Source of the DNA: Methanobacteriota archaeon
GTDB lineage: Archaea; Methanobacteriota; Methanobacteria; Methanobacteriales; Methanobacteriaceae
NCBI GenBank assembly: GCA_963787255.1
Contig: CAWBCJ010000025.1
Span: forward strand, 224,001 to 288,000
Direction of reading: 5' to 3'
DNA: 64,000 bases
Part shown: piece after piece, positions 43,744 through 54,436 of the stretch
How positions within the stretch are numbered: position 1 is the stretch's first letter
Layout of the letters: each line of letters starts with the position of its first letter
Made by a program: the position numbers and the translations under genes
Notes under the pieces: generated by a model
The model's input: the letters and a program-made list of their open reading frames with translations, nothing else
What the model was told of the DNA's origin: nothing
The model's database searches: none

Positions 43744-45699
43744 ATGACAGGATTTAAGCTAGTATCAAACTATAAACCATTAGGAGATCAACCAAAAGCT
43801 ATTGATTCCCTTGTTAAAGGATTGAATAATGGATTAAAGCATCAAACACTTCTTGGAGTTACAGGTTCTGGAAAGACATTTACCATGGCTAACGTAATTA
43901 AAGAAGTTCAAAAGCCCACGTTAATTATTTCACACAATAAAACGTTAGCTGCACAGCTTTACGAGGAATTTAAGGAATTTTTCCCTGAAAATGCTGTTGA
44001 GTATTTTGTAAGTTACTATGACTATTACCAGCCGGAAGCTTACATTCCGCACACAGATACATATATAGATAAAGAAGCCAGTATTAACGACGAAATAGAC
44101 CAGATGAGACATTCAGCAACGCAATCGCTGCTTTCTAGAGACGATACAATTGTAGTTTCCAGTGTTTCTTGTATATATGGTATTGGATCCCCTGAAGATT
44201 ATGGAGATCATCTCCTGCACATGAAAGTAGGAGAAATACACGAAAGAGAAGAAATATTATCAAAATTAGTGCACATACAATATGAAAGAAACGATATAGA
44301 TTTTACAAGAGGTAAATTTAGAGCAAGGGGAGATGTAATCGAGATATTTCCAGTACATGGTTCTTTACCAGTTAGAATAGAACTATTTGGAGATGAAGTT
44401 GATGGAATATCCTATATTGATCATTTAAGAGGGAATGTTGTTAAAAAAATAGACAGGATAACTATATTCCCTGCAAAGCACTTTGTTATCTCTGAAAGTA
44501 AAATGCAAAGAGCATTAAATGGAATTGAAGCAGAACTGGAAGACCGTCTTACCATACTGTACGCCCAGAATAAATTAGTGGAAGCGCAGCGCCTTGAACA
44601 GAGAACAAGGTTTGACATTGAAATGCTTGAAGAAATGGGCTACTGTCCTGGAGTAGAGAACTATTCACTCCATTTAAGTGGTCGAAAATGGGGTAGCATG
44701 CCTCATACGTTAATAAAATATTTTCCAAAGGATTTTCTTACAATAATTGACGAATCACACGTTTCAGTACCTCAAATTGGGGGAATGTATGCTGGAGATC
44801 GTGCACGTAAAGATTCTCTTGTGGATTATGGATTCAGGCTTCCCTCTGCACGTGAAAATAGGCCGCTTAACTTTGAAGAGTTTGAAAGCTTGATGAACCA
44901 GGTATTATATGTTTCAGCAACACCTGCAAAATATGAGATTGGAAAAAGTGAAAATACTGTAGAACAAATTATAAGACCTACAGGACTTATTGACCCTGAA
45001 GTGATAATTAAACCAGTTGTAGGGCAGGTAGACCACCTTTTAGGGGAAGTGCAGAAAAAAATTAAACAGAATCAGAGAATTCTGGTAACTACATTAACAA
45101 AAAAGATGGCAGAAGATCTCACGGATTACTATGCTAAAATTGGGATTAAGGTAAGGTACCTACATTCAGATATAAGTACTCTAGATCGTATTGAGATAAT
45201 TGCAGACCTTAGACGTGGAGAATTTGATTGTCTAGTTGGTGTTAACCTCTTAAGAGAAGGATTAGACCTTCCTGAGGTTTCTCTTATTGGAATACTTGAT
45301 GCAGATAAAGAAGGTTTTCTAAGATCTGAAACATCTCTTATTCAGACAATAGGACGTGCAGCAAGAAATATTGATGGACAGGTCATCATATATGCGGATA
45401 AAATCACAAGGTCTGTAGAATCTGCAGTTAATATAACAAATCAGAGAAGGGAAATGCAGATGAAATACAACATGAAGCATAATATTACACCTAAATCTGT
45501 TTTTAGGGCACTTAAAGAAAAACAGAAAAAGGATAAAATTGAATTAATTGATGACATTGAAAATATTCCTAAAGATGAATTATATCTTCTAATTAAGGAC
45601 TTAGAACACCAAATGAAACTTGCATCATCAGAACTGGACTTTGAAAGAGCAGCAAAAATTAGAGATAAAATAACTGTTTTAGAAGGAGTATCAAAGTAA
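43744..45699 (+). CDS. uvrB: Excinuclease ABC subunit B
   Basis: [40 protein letters not shown] and C-terminal FERAAKIRD. Confidence 0.97.
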   Translation: MTGFKLVSNYKPLGDQPKAIDSLVKGLNNGLKHQTLLGVTGSGKTFTMANVIKEVQKPTLIISHNKTLAAQLYEEFKEFFPENAVEYFVSYYDYYQPEAYIPHTDTYIDKEASINDEIDQMRHSATQSLLSRDDTIVVSSVSCIYGIGSPEDYGDHLLHMKVGEIHEREEILSKLVHIQYERNDIDFTRGKFRARGDVIEIFPVHGSLPVRIELFGDEVDGISYIDHLRGNVVKKIDRITIFPAKHFVISESKMQRALNGIEAELEDRLTILYAQNKLVEAQRLEQRTRFDIEMLEEMGYCPGVENYSLHLSGRKWGSMPHTLIKYFPKDFLTIIDESHVSVPQIGGMYAGDRARKDSLVDYGFRLPSARENRPLNFEEFESLMNQVLYVSATPAKYEIGKSENTVEQIIRPTGLIDPEVIIKPVVGQVDHLLGEVQKKIKQNQRILVTTLTKKMAEDLTDYYAKIGIKVRYLHSDISTLDRIEIIADLRRGEFDCLVGVNLLREGLDLPEVSLIGILDADKEGFLRSETSLIQTIGRAARNIDGQVIIYADKITRSVESAVNITNQRREMQMKYNMKHNITPKSVFRALKEKQKKDKIELIDDIENIPKDELYLLIKDLEHQMKLASSELDFERAAKIRDKITVLEGVSK

Positions 45700-48575
45700 T
45701 GAACTTAAAAAAAGACAACATAGTTATAAAAGGTGCCAGGGAGCACAATTTAAAAAATGTCGATATTACCATTCCAAGGGATAAGCTAGTTGTAATTTCA
45801 GGAATCAGCGGTTCAGGTAAATCATCACTTGCATTTGATACCATATATGCTGAAGGACAGAGAAGATATGTTGAATCTCTTTCAGCATATGCTAGGCAGT
45901 TTTTAGGCCAGATGAAAAAGCCAGAAGTTGATTACATTGAAGGTCTCTCCCCTGCAATCTCAATTGACCAAAAAACTACTAAAATGAACCCTAGATCTAC
46001 CGTAGGGACAGTAACAGAGATATACGACTATTTACGACTTTTGTATGCTAGGGTAGGTATTCCTCACTGTTATAATTGTGGTAAACCAATATCACAACAA
46101 ACTTCAGGTCAGATTGTTGATAGTATCTACAAAGAGGAAGAAGAAAGGAAAATACAGGTTATAGCTCCAGTAGTTAAAGACAGGAAAGGGGAGCATCATA
46201 AAATTTTCGAAGACCTGAAAAGAAAAGGTTTTGTAAGAGTTAGGGTAGATGGCGAGATATTAAGCCTTGATGATGAAATTGATCTTGACAAGAATAAAAA
46301 ACATACTGTAGAAGTTGTTGTAGACAGACTGGTTATAAGATACGACGTTGATTTTAAACGAAGACTTGCAGATTCAGTTGAAACAGCACTTGAGCTTGGA
46401 GAAGGTTTAATTGTTGTTTTATATGAAAAGAACGAAAAAGTGTTCAGCGAACATTTTGCATGTACAGACTGTGGTATAAACTTTGAAGAGATAAGTCCCA
46501 GAACGTTTTCATTTAACAGCCCACATGGTGCATGCTCTGAGTGTAATGGGCTTGGAAGCAAGCTGGAAATTGATACTGACCTTGTAATACCAGATAGATC
46601 GCTCTCTTTAGCAGATGGGGCAATTTTACCTTGGAGTAAATCTAAAAACAGGGAAAATTATTATAATCAGATGCTTAAAGCTGTTGCTGATCATTACGGA
46701 TTCAGCATGGACACTCCTTTTCAAGATTTACCTAAAAAATATCAGAATATAATCCTTTATGGATCTTCTGAACGGGTAGATTTCAAATTCCGGCGAAAAA
46801 ACAGAATGCATCACGTAAAAAGAAAATTTGAAGGTGTTGTAAAGAGAATGGAACGTCTCTTTATGGATACAAAATCTAATTACATGAGAGGATACATTGG
46901 GCAATTCATGAGTGATAGGAAATGCCCTGCCTGTAAAGGGACAAGATTAAGGCCAGAAAGCCGTTCAGTTACAGTAGGAGACAGATCAATTTCTACAGTG
47001 TCTGCAATGCCTATTAAAGAATCAAAGAAGTTTTTTGAAGAGTTAGAATTAACTGAATTAGAAAATTTCATAGCAAAAGAGATACTAAAGGAAATAAACG
47101 AGCGTTTAAAATTCTTAGCTGACGTTGGATTGGATTACATCACACTTAACAGATCATCTGGAACTCTTTCAGGTGGGGAAGCTCAAAGAATCCGTCTTGC
47201 AACCCAGATAGGTTCAGGGCTCGTGGGAGTACTTTACATACTTGACGAACCCAGCATTGGATTGCATCAAAGAGATAATGCAAGACTTATTGAAACCCTT
47301 AAAAAACTCAGAGATATAGGTAACACCCTGATTATTGTTGAACACGATGAAGAAACAATATTATCTGCTGATCATGTAATTGATATAGGGCCAGGAGCAG
47401 GAGAACATGGAGGAAGAATAACTGCTGTTGGAACACCCCTTGAGATAATGGATAATACAGATTCTATTACTGGCAGGTTTTTATCAAGAAAAGATACCAT
47501 TGACATTCCCAATAAACGAATAGAACCTAATGGTAAGTCAATTATAGTTAAAGGAGCAAGGCAGAATAACCTTCAAAATATCGATGTTAATATTCCTCTG
47601 GGAGTTTTCACATGTGTTACGGGGGTTTCTGGTTCTGGTAAAAGTACCCTCATTAATGATGTGCTTTATAAAGGACTTTCTGGTAAATTCAATAAAAAAC
47701 ATGTAAATGCAGGAAAACACGACGATATTATGGGAATTGAAAACATAGACAAAGTTATAATAATCGATCAATCCCCTATAGGCCGTACTCCTCGTTCTAA
47801 TCCCGCCACATATACAGGAGTATTTACTTATATTAGAGAAATCTTTTCTGAAACAATTGCAGCTAAAAAAAGAGGTTACAAACCGGGAAGATTTAGTTTC
47901 AACGTGAAAGGTGGTCGTTGTGAAGCGTGCAGCGGTGATGGAATAATAAAAATTGAAATGCATTTTTTAGCAGATGTTTATGTTCCATGTGAAGTGTGTA
48001 AAAGTAAAAGATACAATAGAGAAACATTGGATATCCGATATAAAGGTAAAAACATTGCTGATGTCCTTAACATGACTGTTGAAGAAGCCCTTCACTTCTT
48101 TAGAAATGTTCCAAGGATTCATAAAAAGCTTAAGACACTTGACGATGTGGGGCTTGGTTATATCAAGCTTGGACAACCAGCAACAACTCTTTCTGGTGGA
48201 GAAGCACAACGTGTGAAGCTTTCTAAAGAATTAAGCCGACAGAGTACTGGTAAAACTTTATATATACTTGACGAGCCGACTACTGGACTTCACTTTGCTG
48301 ATATTAAAAAACTTTTAGATGTTCTTGGAAGATTAAGAAACTCTGGAAACACAGTATTGGTCATTGAACATAATCTGGATGTTATTAAAACTGCAGATTA
48401 TATATTAGATCTTGGACCTGAAGGTGGAGATGAAGGAGGGCTTGTTGTAGCTGAAGGTACACCTGAGGAAGTTGCATTAAGTGGTACCTATACTGGAGAT
48501 TTCTTAAAAGATGTTCTGGATGGTAAATCAGCTATTTCTTCCATTGAGATTGATTTTAAAATGAGTTCAAAGTGA
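45699..48575 (+). CDS. uvrA: Excinuclease ABC subunit A
   Basis: GAREHNLKN, two Walker A motifs (SGSGKS), two LSGGEAQR signatures and zinc fingers. Confidence 0.97.
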   Translation: MNLKKDNIVIKGAREHNLKNVDITIPRDKLVVISGISGSGKSSLAFDTIYAEGQRRYVESLSAYARQFLGQMKKPEVDYIEGLSPAISIDQKTTKMNPRSTVGTVTEIYDYLRLLYARVGIPHCYNCGKPISQQTSGQIVDSIYKEEEERKIQVIAPVVKDRKGEHHKIFEDLKRKGFVRVRVDGEILSLDDEIDLDKNKKHTVEVVVDRLVIRYDVDFKRRLADSVETALELGEGLIVVLYEKNEKVFSEHFACTDCGINFEEISPRTFSFNSPHGACSECNGLGSKLEIDTDLVIPDRSLSLADGAILPWSKSKNRENYYNQMLKAVADHYGFSMDTPFQDLPKKYQNIILYGSSERVDFKFRRKNRMHHVKRKFEGVVKRMERLFMDTKSNYMRGYIGQFMSDRKCPACKGTRLRPESRSVTVGDRSISTVSAMPIKESKKFFEELELTELENFIAKEILKEINERLKFLADVGLDYITLNRSSGTLSGGEAQRIRLATQIGSGLVGVLYILDEPSIGLHQRDNARLIETLKKLRDIGNTLIIVEHDEETILSADHVIDIGPGAGEHGGRITAVGTPLEIMDNTDSITGRFLSRKDTIDIPNKRIEPNGKSIIVKGARQNNLQNIDVNIPLGVFTCVTGVSGSGKSTLINDVLYKGLSGKFNKKHVNAGKHDDIMGIENIDKVIIIDQSPIGRTPRSNPATYTGVFTYIREIFSETIAAKKRGYKPGRFSFNVKGGRCEACSGDGIIKIEMHFLADVYVPCEVCKSKRYNRETLDIRYKGKNIADVLNMTVEEALHFFRNVPRIHKKLKTLDDVGLGYIKLGQPATTLSGGEAQRVKLSKELSRQSTGKTLYILDEPTTGLHFADIKKLLDVLGRLRNSGNTVLVIEHNLDVIKTADYILDLGPEGGDEGGLVVAEGTPEEVALSGTYTGDFLKDVLDGKSAISSIEIDFKMSSK

Positions 48576-48847
48576 TTTTCATCTAATGTTGTTTGAAAAT
48601 TACTTTTTCTATTTTTTTCTATAATTTTATTAAATTCTATTTTTTGTGTAATTAAAACATTGCTGAACTAATTAAAAAAAATAGTTTATAAAATAAATCT
48701 TTTTATATCAATTAAGTTTGAAATAAATTTTATTTTTAATTTCAATTTTAAGATTTTAAATTTAATACCAAAAATAAAATAAGTTAATACTGACATAAAT
48801 TAAATTGTTATATCTTTAAGAGAATTTTCAAAAAAGGAGGTTATCTT

Positions 48848-49766
48848 ATTACTAAAAATAAGGCTATAAAAGTCTTTTTAGTTAAAACTGATGATAGAAA
48901 CTTTGGTATTAATAAGTTAATGGATGAATTTAATTTGGATCAACTTTCTGGAGAAAATATAGCAATTAAAGCTAACTTCAACAGTGCGGATCCTTTTCCA
49001 GCTTCAACCCATATTAAAACACTTCAATCAATTATTAAAAAACTTAATGAAGTAAATATAGATGATATTACACTAGCAGAGCGTAGTGGAATGGGTAAAA
49101 CTCGAAACGTTCTTGAAAAAATGGGTGTATTTCAATTAGCTGATGAAATGGATTTTAATGTTGTTGTACTTGATGAAATGAATAAAGAAGAATGGGTGAA
49201 AATAGAAAGAGATGGAACTCACTGGATAAGAGGATTTTATCTACCTAAGATTTTTTTGGAGTTTCCAGGAGTTATACAGACATGTTGTTTGAAAACACAC
49301 AGGTTTGGTGGTCATTTTACTCTTTCTCTTAAAAATTCAGTGGGTATGGTTTCAAAGCGGCTTCCTGGAGGAATATATAATTATATGGCAGAATTACATA
49401 TGTCTCCCTATCAAAGACAGATGATTGCTGAAATTAACAAGTATTACAATGTTGATCTTGTAATTATGGATGCAATAAAGGCTTTTATAAGTAAGGGACC
49501 TGAAACTGGTGAAATTGTAGAACCAAAACTTCTAATTGCAAGCAGCGACCGTGTAGCAATTGACGCTGTAGGAGTTGCAATTTTAAGAAATTACGGTGTA
49601 AAAACAGGTATAAATAAAGGAAAGATTTTTGAGCAGGATCAAATTAAAAGAGCTGTTGAATTAGATATAGGTGTTAAATCAGCTGATGAAATTGAGTTAA
49701 TCCCTCTAAATGACGAAAGTCATGAATGATGCTGCAAATATAATGAAAATATTTGAAAAAGAATGA
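48848..49766 (+). CDS. DUF362-family protein (probable frameshift near the 3' end)
   Basis: IKANFNSAD, LKTHRFGGHFTLSLKNSVG and DRVAIDAVG. The frame is open upstream of ATG 48920 to ATT 48848 behind GGAGG. An extra base at about 49727 truncates the tail DAANIMKIFEKE* (ending 49766). Confidence 0.8.
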
Positions 49767-49823
49767 ATTTGATTAATTAATCTTTTTAACAATATGGTAT
49801 TTTTATGTGGAGATTTTTATTAA

Positions 49824-50408
49824 ATGAATAATAATAGTGATAATCATATAGTTATAAGGCCGCATAGGCCTGATTTTAAAGAAAAAATGTTTTTTTTAAT
49901 TTCTGGTATAGTAGTTAGTGTTCCATTAACTCTGTTTTTTGGAACATTTGCAGAGCGTCTTTGTGTTGTTTTACCCGTATTTTATGCAACTGTATGTGCG
50001 GTTGTAATTTTTACTCCATTTATTGAAGAGTTTGCCAAAGCATTTCCCTTATTTTACAGACATGGTGAGACTGAAAGGTCAATTTTCATTTTAGGATTCC
50101 TTGTAGGTTTAGGGTTTGGGATATCTGAATTTTTTGTTTATATTTTTGCATTAGATGCTCCAGCAATAATTAGGATTCCGGGAATTTTGTTTCATGCGGC
50201 ATCTGCTTCTATTATAGCATATGGTATTGCAAAAAAACAGCCAATATTTTATTATTTGATAGCTGTGGGACTTCATTTCCTTAATAATTTCTCTGCATTG
50301 TTTGATACAGGGATTATAGGGTTTGTTATAGCTAATATAGCGGCGTATTATCTTTCTTATGAATACTTTTACAAGAAAACAACAGAAAAAATTATTGATA
50401 AAAATTAG
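49824..50408 (+). CDS. PrsW-family intramembrane metalloprotease
   Basis: PFIEEFAK, GLGFGISE, LFH and LHFLNN motifs. Confidence 0.85.
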   Translation: MNNNSDNHIVIRPHRPDFKEKMFFLISGIVVSVPLTLFFGTFAERLCVVLPVFYATVCAVVIFTPFIEEFAKAFPLFYRHGETERSIFILGFLVGLGFGISEFFVYIFALDAPAIIRIPGILFHAASASIIAYGIAKKQPIFYYLIAVGLHFLNNFSALFDTGIIGFVIANIAAYYLSYEYFYKKTTEKIIDKN

Positions 50409-50528
50409 CCGGATATATAAAAAAAAATCTATATATAAATATAAAAAAAATTTAAAAAAAATAGTATAAAATTTAAAGGATAAATCAATTTTTGTGAAAA
50501 AATTAACTTTAAAACTTAAATTAAACTA

Positions 50529-50768
50529 TTATTCTACTATTTCTGCAAAAGCGAAGTTTCTTCTTGTTGAAGTAATTCTGATTTTAACTTCATCGCCTAG
50601 TTTTGCTCCAGTTACAAAAACTACAAAGCCTTCGATTCTAGCGATTCCGTCTCCGTCTCTTCCAACATCTTCAATTTTAACATCGTGTTCTTCGCCTTCG
50701 TTTAAAGGTGAAGAATTTCCTCTACTATTATTTGAGTAATTATCTCTTCCGTAATTATTTTTAAACAA
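50529..50768 (-). CDS. Single TRAM-domain RNA-binding (cold-shock-type RNA chaperone) protein
   Basis: [45 protein letters not shown]...FAFAE. Confidence 0.92.
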   Translation of the reverse strand: MFKNNYGRDNYSNNSRGNSSPLNEGEEHDVKIEDVGRDGDGIARIEGFVVFVTGAKLGDEVKIRITSTRRNFAFAEIVE

Positions 50769-50782
50769 TTCATCACATCCTA

Positions 50783-50855
50783 AATACAGCCAAAAATGGC
50801 ATTAATGTATTGCCAAATATGGCATGATATACTGTTTAACTTCAAGGTATATAAA
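50783..50855 (-). promoter_or_regulatory. TRAM-gene promoter and leader with two tandem GCCA-N4-TGGC palindromes
   Basis: TTTATATA (minus strand, 50855-50848). IRs at 50811-50824 and 50789-50800. AATACA/TGTATT flanking stem. Confidence 0.6.
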
Positions 50856-50915
50856 GTGATCTATTTTAAGAAGAAAAAAATTTAAAAAATTATTTCCAAA
50901 ATAGAGTCTTTTTAT

Positions 50916-51107
50916 CTATTTTTGCACTCTATCACACAGTAAGCAATTTCCTATTCCAACGTTTTCTGATTCAACTTCTCTTATTATTGTTATCATTGCT
51001 TCTACAGGTAATCCCATTATCCTGCTTGCTGCTTCAGAAAATTCTTTAACAAGTTCAGATTTTTGTTCTTTAGTTAATTTAGGTCCATCAATTGTAATTA
51101 CAGGCAT
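50916..51107 (-). CDS. 4-oxalocrotonate tautomerase family protein (DmpI-like)
   Basis: N-terminal catalytic Pro (MPVITI), [10 protein letters not shown] and ENVGIG. Confidence 0.9.
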   Translation of the reverse strand: MPVITIDGPKLTKEQKSELVKEFSEAASRIMGLPVEAMITIIREVESENVGIGNCLLCDRVQK

Positions 51108-51143
51108 GTTTTATCCTCCTGATTAATAACTCTTATTTTAATT

Positions 51144-51785
51144 CTATAAAGAGTTTATTATATCTTTAAATTTATTTATTTCAATTTTTACTTCATCTTT
51201 TGACATTACAGCGGAGCCAAAGATTCCAAAGGATGGTAAAACTTTTAATCCTGTTACTTCAAGTATGTTATGGGTTATATATTTAAATAAATCGTTTATG
51301 TCTCCATGTGGTCCTTCATAAGTGTAAATATCTCTTGTTGCTCCTGTAGTATATGATAGCATTGCTTTTTTACCTTTTAAGAGTCCTGTATCATATAATT
51401 TTCCTTCTGCAATGTTATGGACGATACCAGGTAAAAATACTCTGTCAATCCAACCTTTTAAGATGGCTGGTAATGATGTCCACCACACTGGAAACTGAAA
51501 TATCAATAAATCTGCCCATTTAATCTTTTCCACTTCGTCTTTAATATCTTGTGCTAGGGATCCTGTTCCAAGTGCATTAACCTGTTCCATTATGGGATTG
51601 AAGAATTCATTATCTTTTCTTTGTGAAAAATCATCTTGATCAAGTGTTGGTTTGAATTTCATCCCATAAAGATCAGAAATTTTTACTTTATGACCGTTAT
51701 CACGTAGTGTTTTTGCAGCTAAGTCTTTCATATAACCGTTCAGTGAATTTGGCTCTGGATGGGCGTATACAATTAACACATTCAT
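51144..51785 (-). CDS. Flavodoxin-fold NAD(P)H:quinone oxidoreductase (MdaB/NQO-like)
   Basis: VYAHPEPNSLN, ADLLIFQFPVWW and PAILKGWIDRV. Confidence 0.9.
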   Translation of the reverse strand: MNVLIVYAHPEPNSLNGYMKDLAAKTLRDNGHKVKISDLYGMKFKPTLDQDDFSQRKDNEFFNPIMEQVNALGTGSLAQDIKDEVEKIKWADLLIFQFPVWWTSLPAILKGWIDRVFLPGIVHNIAEGKLYDTGLLKGKKAMLSYTTGATRDIYTYEGPHGDINDLFKYITHNILEVTGLKVLPSFGIFGSAVMSKDEVKIEINKFKDIINSL

Positions 51786-52137
51786 TTTATCACCTTTTTT
51801 CTATTTATTATTACTAAGTTTGTGAAAATTTAAATTTTTTTGGGTAATTCATAATGTCTTATAAAAATTCTAAGAATAAAGATGGAGATATAATTAAATT
51901 AGTTAAATGATAAAATAAAGAATATAATTACTAATTACGCTCGTCCCCTGATCGTTTGCAAAATGATTTTTTATCATGCTTATGGCTGTGTTTATTATGA
52001 ATTTTATACTGACATTTCACTTAAAGATGAATATACACTATATTACGGTCATAAATTAAATTTAGTATTATTCAATCAATTTCAACAAAAAATATAGTTT
52101 AGAAATTTTATTAATTTATTATTTGAGGTTTAATACC

Positions 52138-52782
52138 TTGCCTGAAACAACTAAATCAAGCAGCTATTTTTTAGATGCTTTATCAACTATTAATAAAAAA
52201 AACTCTTCAGATTATATGACTTTAGAAGAGTTTTTAGAGATTACAGGAGAGCGTGGACGGTTAATTTTGTGCATGATTCTGGCAACTCCTTTTTTGATAC
52301 CTATATCCATTCCAGGATCAAGTATACCCTTTGGAATTGGAATAATGTTTATCGGAATTAGCATCATTTTTAACAAATCGTTAATACCTAAACAGGTTTT
52401 AAAATACAAATTAAAGAAAAGTACTATCTTAAAGATACTAAAAGGGAGTATCAACGTCTTAAATAAATTTGAAAAGATTTTTAAGCAGCGTGCCCAAGTA
52501 CTAACTGCCACCAATTCCATTCATACAATAAATGGTATTTTGCTAGTTTTCAGCGCTTTTTTGCTCATGCTGCCTTTACCTATACCATTAACTGATACTT
52601 TGCCTGCATATTCAATTTTTTTACTTTCTGCAGGCATCCTAGAAAGAGATGGATATTTTGTCATTATAAGCTATGCTCTAATTATAATCACTGCTCTTTA
52701 TTTTGGCTTAATACTCTTTTTAGGATTTGAAGCAGTTTCTTTTATTTTATCTTACTTTGGCATAAATTTGCCACAATTCTAA
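52138..52782 (+). CDS. ExoD-family (exopolysaccharide synthesis) membrane protein
   Basis: GERG, PFLIPISIPG, LPLPIPLTDTLPA and LERDG. GAGG RBS before TTG 52138. Confidence 0.85.
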   Translation: MPETTKSSSYFLDALSTINKKNSSDYMTLEEFLEITGERGRLILCMILATPFLIPISIPGSSIPFGIGIMFIGISIIFNKSLIPKQVLKYKLKKSTILKILKGSINVLNKFEKIFKQRAQVLTATNSIHTINGILLVFSAFLLMLPLPIPLTDTLPAYSIFLLSAGILERDGYFVIISYALIIITALYFGLILFLGFEAVSFILSYFGINLPQF

Positions 52783-52848
52783 TTAAATAATAAAAACAAT
52801 ATATAAAATATTAATTAGATTGATCATAGAATCAGTTGAGGTAAAATC

Positions 52849-53358
52849 ATGAGCAAAATAGGAGTTTTAATCGGGCCAAAATTTGAAGATATAGAATATA
52901 ATAAACCAGCAAAAGCATTTAAAGAAAATGGACATGAATTAACACATATTGGATTAAAAAAAGGCCAAATAGTAGAAGGTAAAGAACAAAAAACTAGAAT
53001 TAAGATAGATAAATCAGCAGCCGATGTTTCAACAAACGATTTTGACGCAATTTTTATTCCAGGCGGATGTTCACCAGATAAATTAAGAGAAGATGAAAAT
53101 ATAGTACAATTTACAATGAACTTCGTAAAAAGTGATAAACCAGTATTTGCCATCTGCCATGCGCCACAGCTATTCATTACAGCAAAAGTAATTGAAGGGC
53201 GCAATGTCGCATGTTGGAAATCAATTATTGTAGATATTAAAAATGCAGGGGGAAATTATGTAGATAAAGAGGTTGTTGAAGACGGTAATATAATTTCAAG
53301 CCGCGGCCCGGGTGATATTCCCGCATTTATCAATGCTTCGCTCAAAAAATTAAGTTAA
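52849..53358 (+). CDS. PfpI/DJ-1 family protease/deglycase
   Basis: FEDIE, IPGG.SPD, AICHAP and DGNIISSR. Confidence 0.92.
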   Translation: MSKIGVLIGPKFEDIEYNKPAKAFKENGHELTHIGLKKGQIVEGKEQKTRIKIDKSAADVSTNDFDAIFIPGGCSPDKLREDENIVQFTMNFVKSDKPVFAICHAPQLFITAKVIEGRNVACWKSIIVDIKNAGGNYVDKEVVEDGNIISSRGPGDIPAFINASLKKLS

Positions 53359-53474
53359 ATAAAAAAAACTACAGCAATATTTATAGAAAATTAAATTTAT
53401 CTTTATATAAAAGTCATAAATCAATTAATTAATCCAATTTAAACTAACTAAAGCGATAATTCAAGGTTCTAAAC

Positions 53475-54392
53475 TTAGGAATCATTAATATCTGAAAAAA
53501 TTGACATTCCCATTATTATCTGGCCTTTTTCATCCCTTATAGGAATAGAACTATTACTTATCATGCTTTTAAATCCATCTTCTCTGGAAACAATAATCAC
53601 TTGATCTTCAATTTCTTCTCCATCTTTAATAGAACGGGTAAGGGGCCAATCCTTAAGTTCATAGGGATTCCCATCTGAATGAGAACCATTATAATAGCAG
53701 TATTCGGCTAATTCCTCTGTTTCTACACAATCTCCCCAGATTTCATCTAATTTTTTGTTTTTTATTAAAGGTTCACCAGAAGAGGCGTCTACAATGAGAA
53801 TACCTACTGGAAGTTTATTTATAAGGGTATTCAATTTGAATTTTTCCATTTTTAGTTTTTCAACGTTTCTTGCAAGTCTACTCTCTAGTAATTCACTCAC
53901 CCTTTTCTCGGATTTTAATTTTTTTCCAGTTTCTTCTAGTTCTTCTTCATGCCATTCAATTAATTTCCTGAGATCTTTTTGGGTTTTCATAAGCTGTTTT
54001 TCAATTTTTTTACGTTCTATAGCATAATAAATGGATCTAGTAAGTAATCTACCCTCAATTTCTCCTTTAATTAAATAATCCTGTGCTCCCTCACGAACAG
54101 CCTTTACAGCAATCTCTTCATCATCAAAACCACTTAAAATAACGATTGGAAGTTCTGGAACCTGATCATAAGTTCTAATAAATGTGTCAAATCCCCAACT
54201 ATCGGGTAAATTTAAATCTAAAAGTAACATATCAAATGATTCTTGAAATAGTTTTTCAAAACCTGTTTTAAGTTTACTAACATGTGTTAATTGAAATGGA
54301 ATTTTTGTAGTTTCCTTTAACATTTCCCTGATAATTACAGCGTCTTCGATACTGTCTTCAATTAATAAAATCTTAATGGGTTTTCCTTGCAT
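53475..54392 (-). CDS. Response regulator REC-coiled coil-PAS with no output domain
   Basis: ILLIED...LLDLNLPD...GAQDYLIK receiver, then a PAS domain (WPLTRSI, NSSIPIRDEKG), then stop. Confidence 0.85.
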   Translation of the reverse strand: MQGKPIKILLIEDSIEDAVIIREMLKETTKIPFQLTHVSKLKTGFEKLFQESFDMLLLDLNLPDSWGFDTFIRTYDQVPELPIVILSGFDDEEIAVKAVREGAQDYLIKGEIEGRLLTRSIYYAIERKKIEKQLMKTQKDLRKLIEWHEEELEETGKKLKSEKRVSELLESRLARNVEKLKMEKFKLNTLINKLPVGILIVDASSGEPLIKNKKLDEIWGDCVETEELAEYCYYNGSHSDGNPYELKDWPLTRSIKDGEEIEDQVIIVSREDGFKSMISNSSIPIRDEKGQIIMGMSIFSDINDS

Positions 54393-54436
54393 ATTTCAAC
54401 CGCCCCTGCAATAATAAATGATTCTTTACTAATAGA

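Noticed and set aside
49727-49729. TGA near the DUF362 end as possible selenocysteine
   Set aside because: The homologous-looking tail is in a different frame, and the in-frame continuation hits TAA within a few codons.
50408-50500. A-rich low-complexity tracts (also 48575-48800 and 55620-55690)
   Set aside because: Consistent with ordinary oligo-T terminators of convergent or minus-strand genes and AT-rich spacers.
51903-51977. 24-aa minus-strand ORF MIKNHFANDQGTSVISNYILYFII, vaguely resembling a class III signal peptide
   Set aside because: Too short, no RBS, no pilin body and far from the pilus locus. Likely chance.
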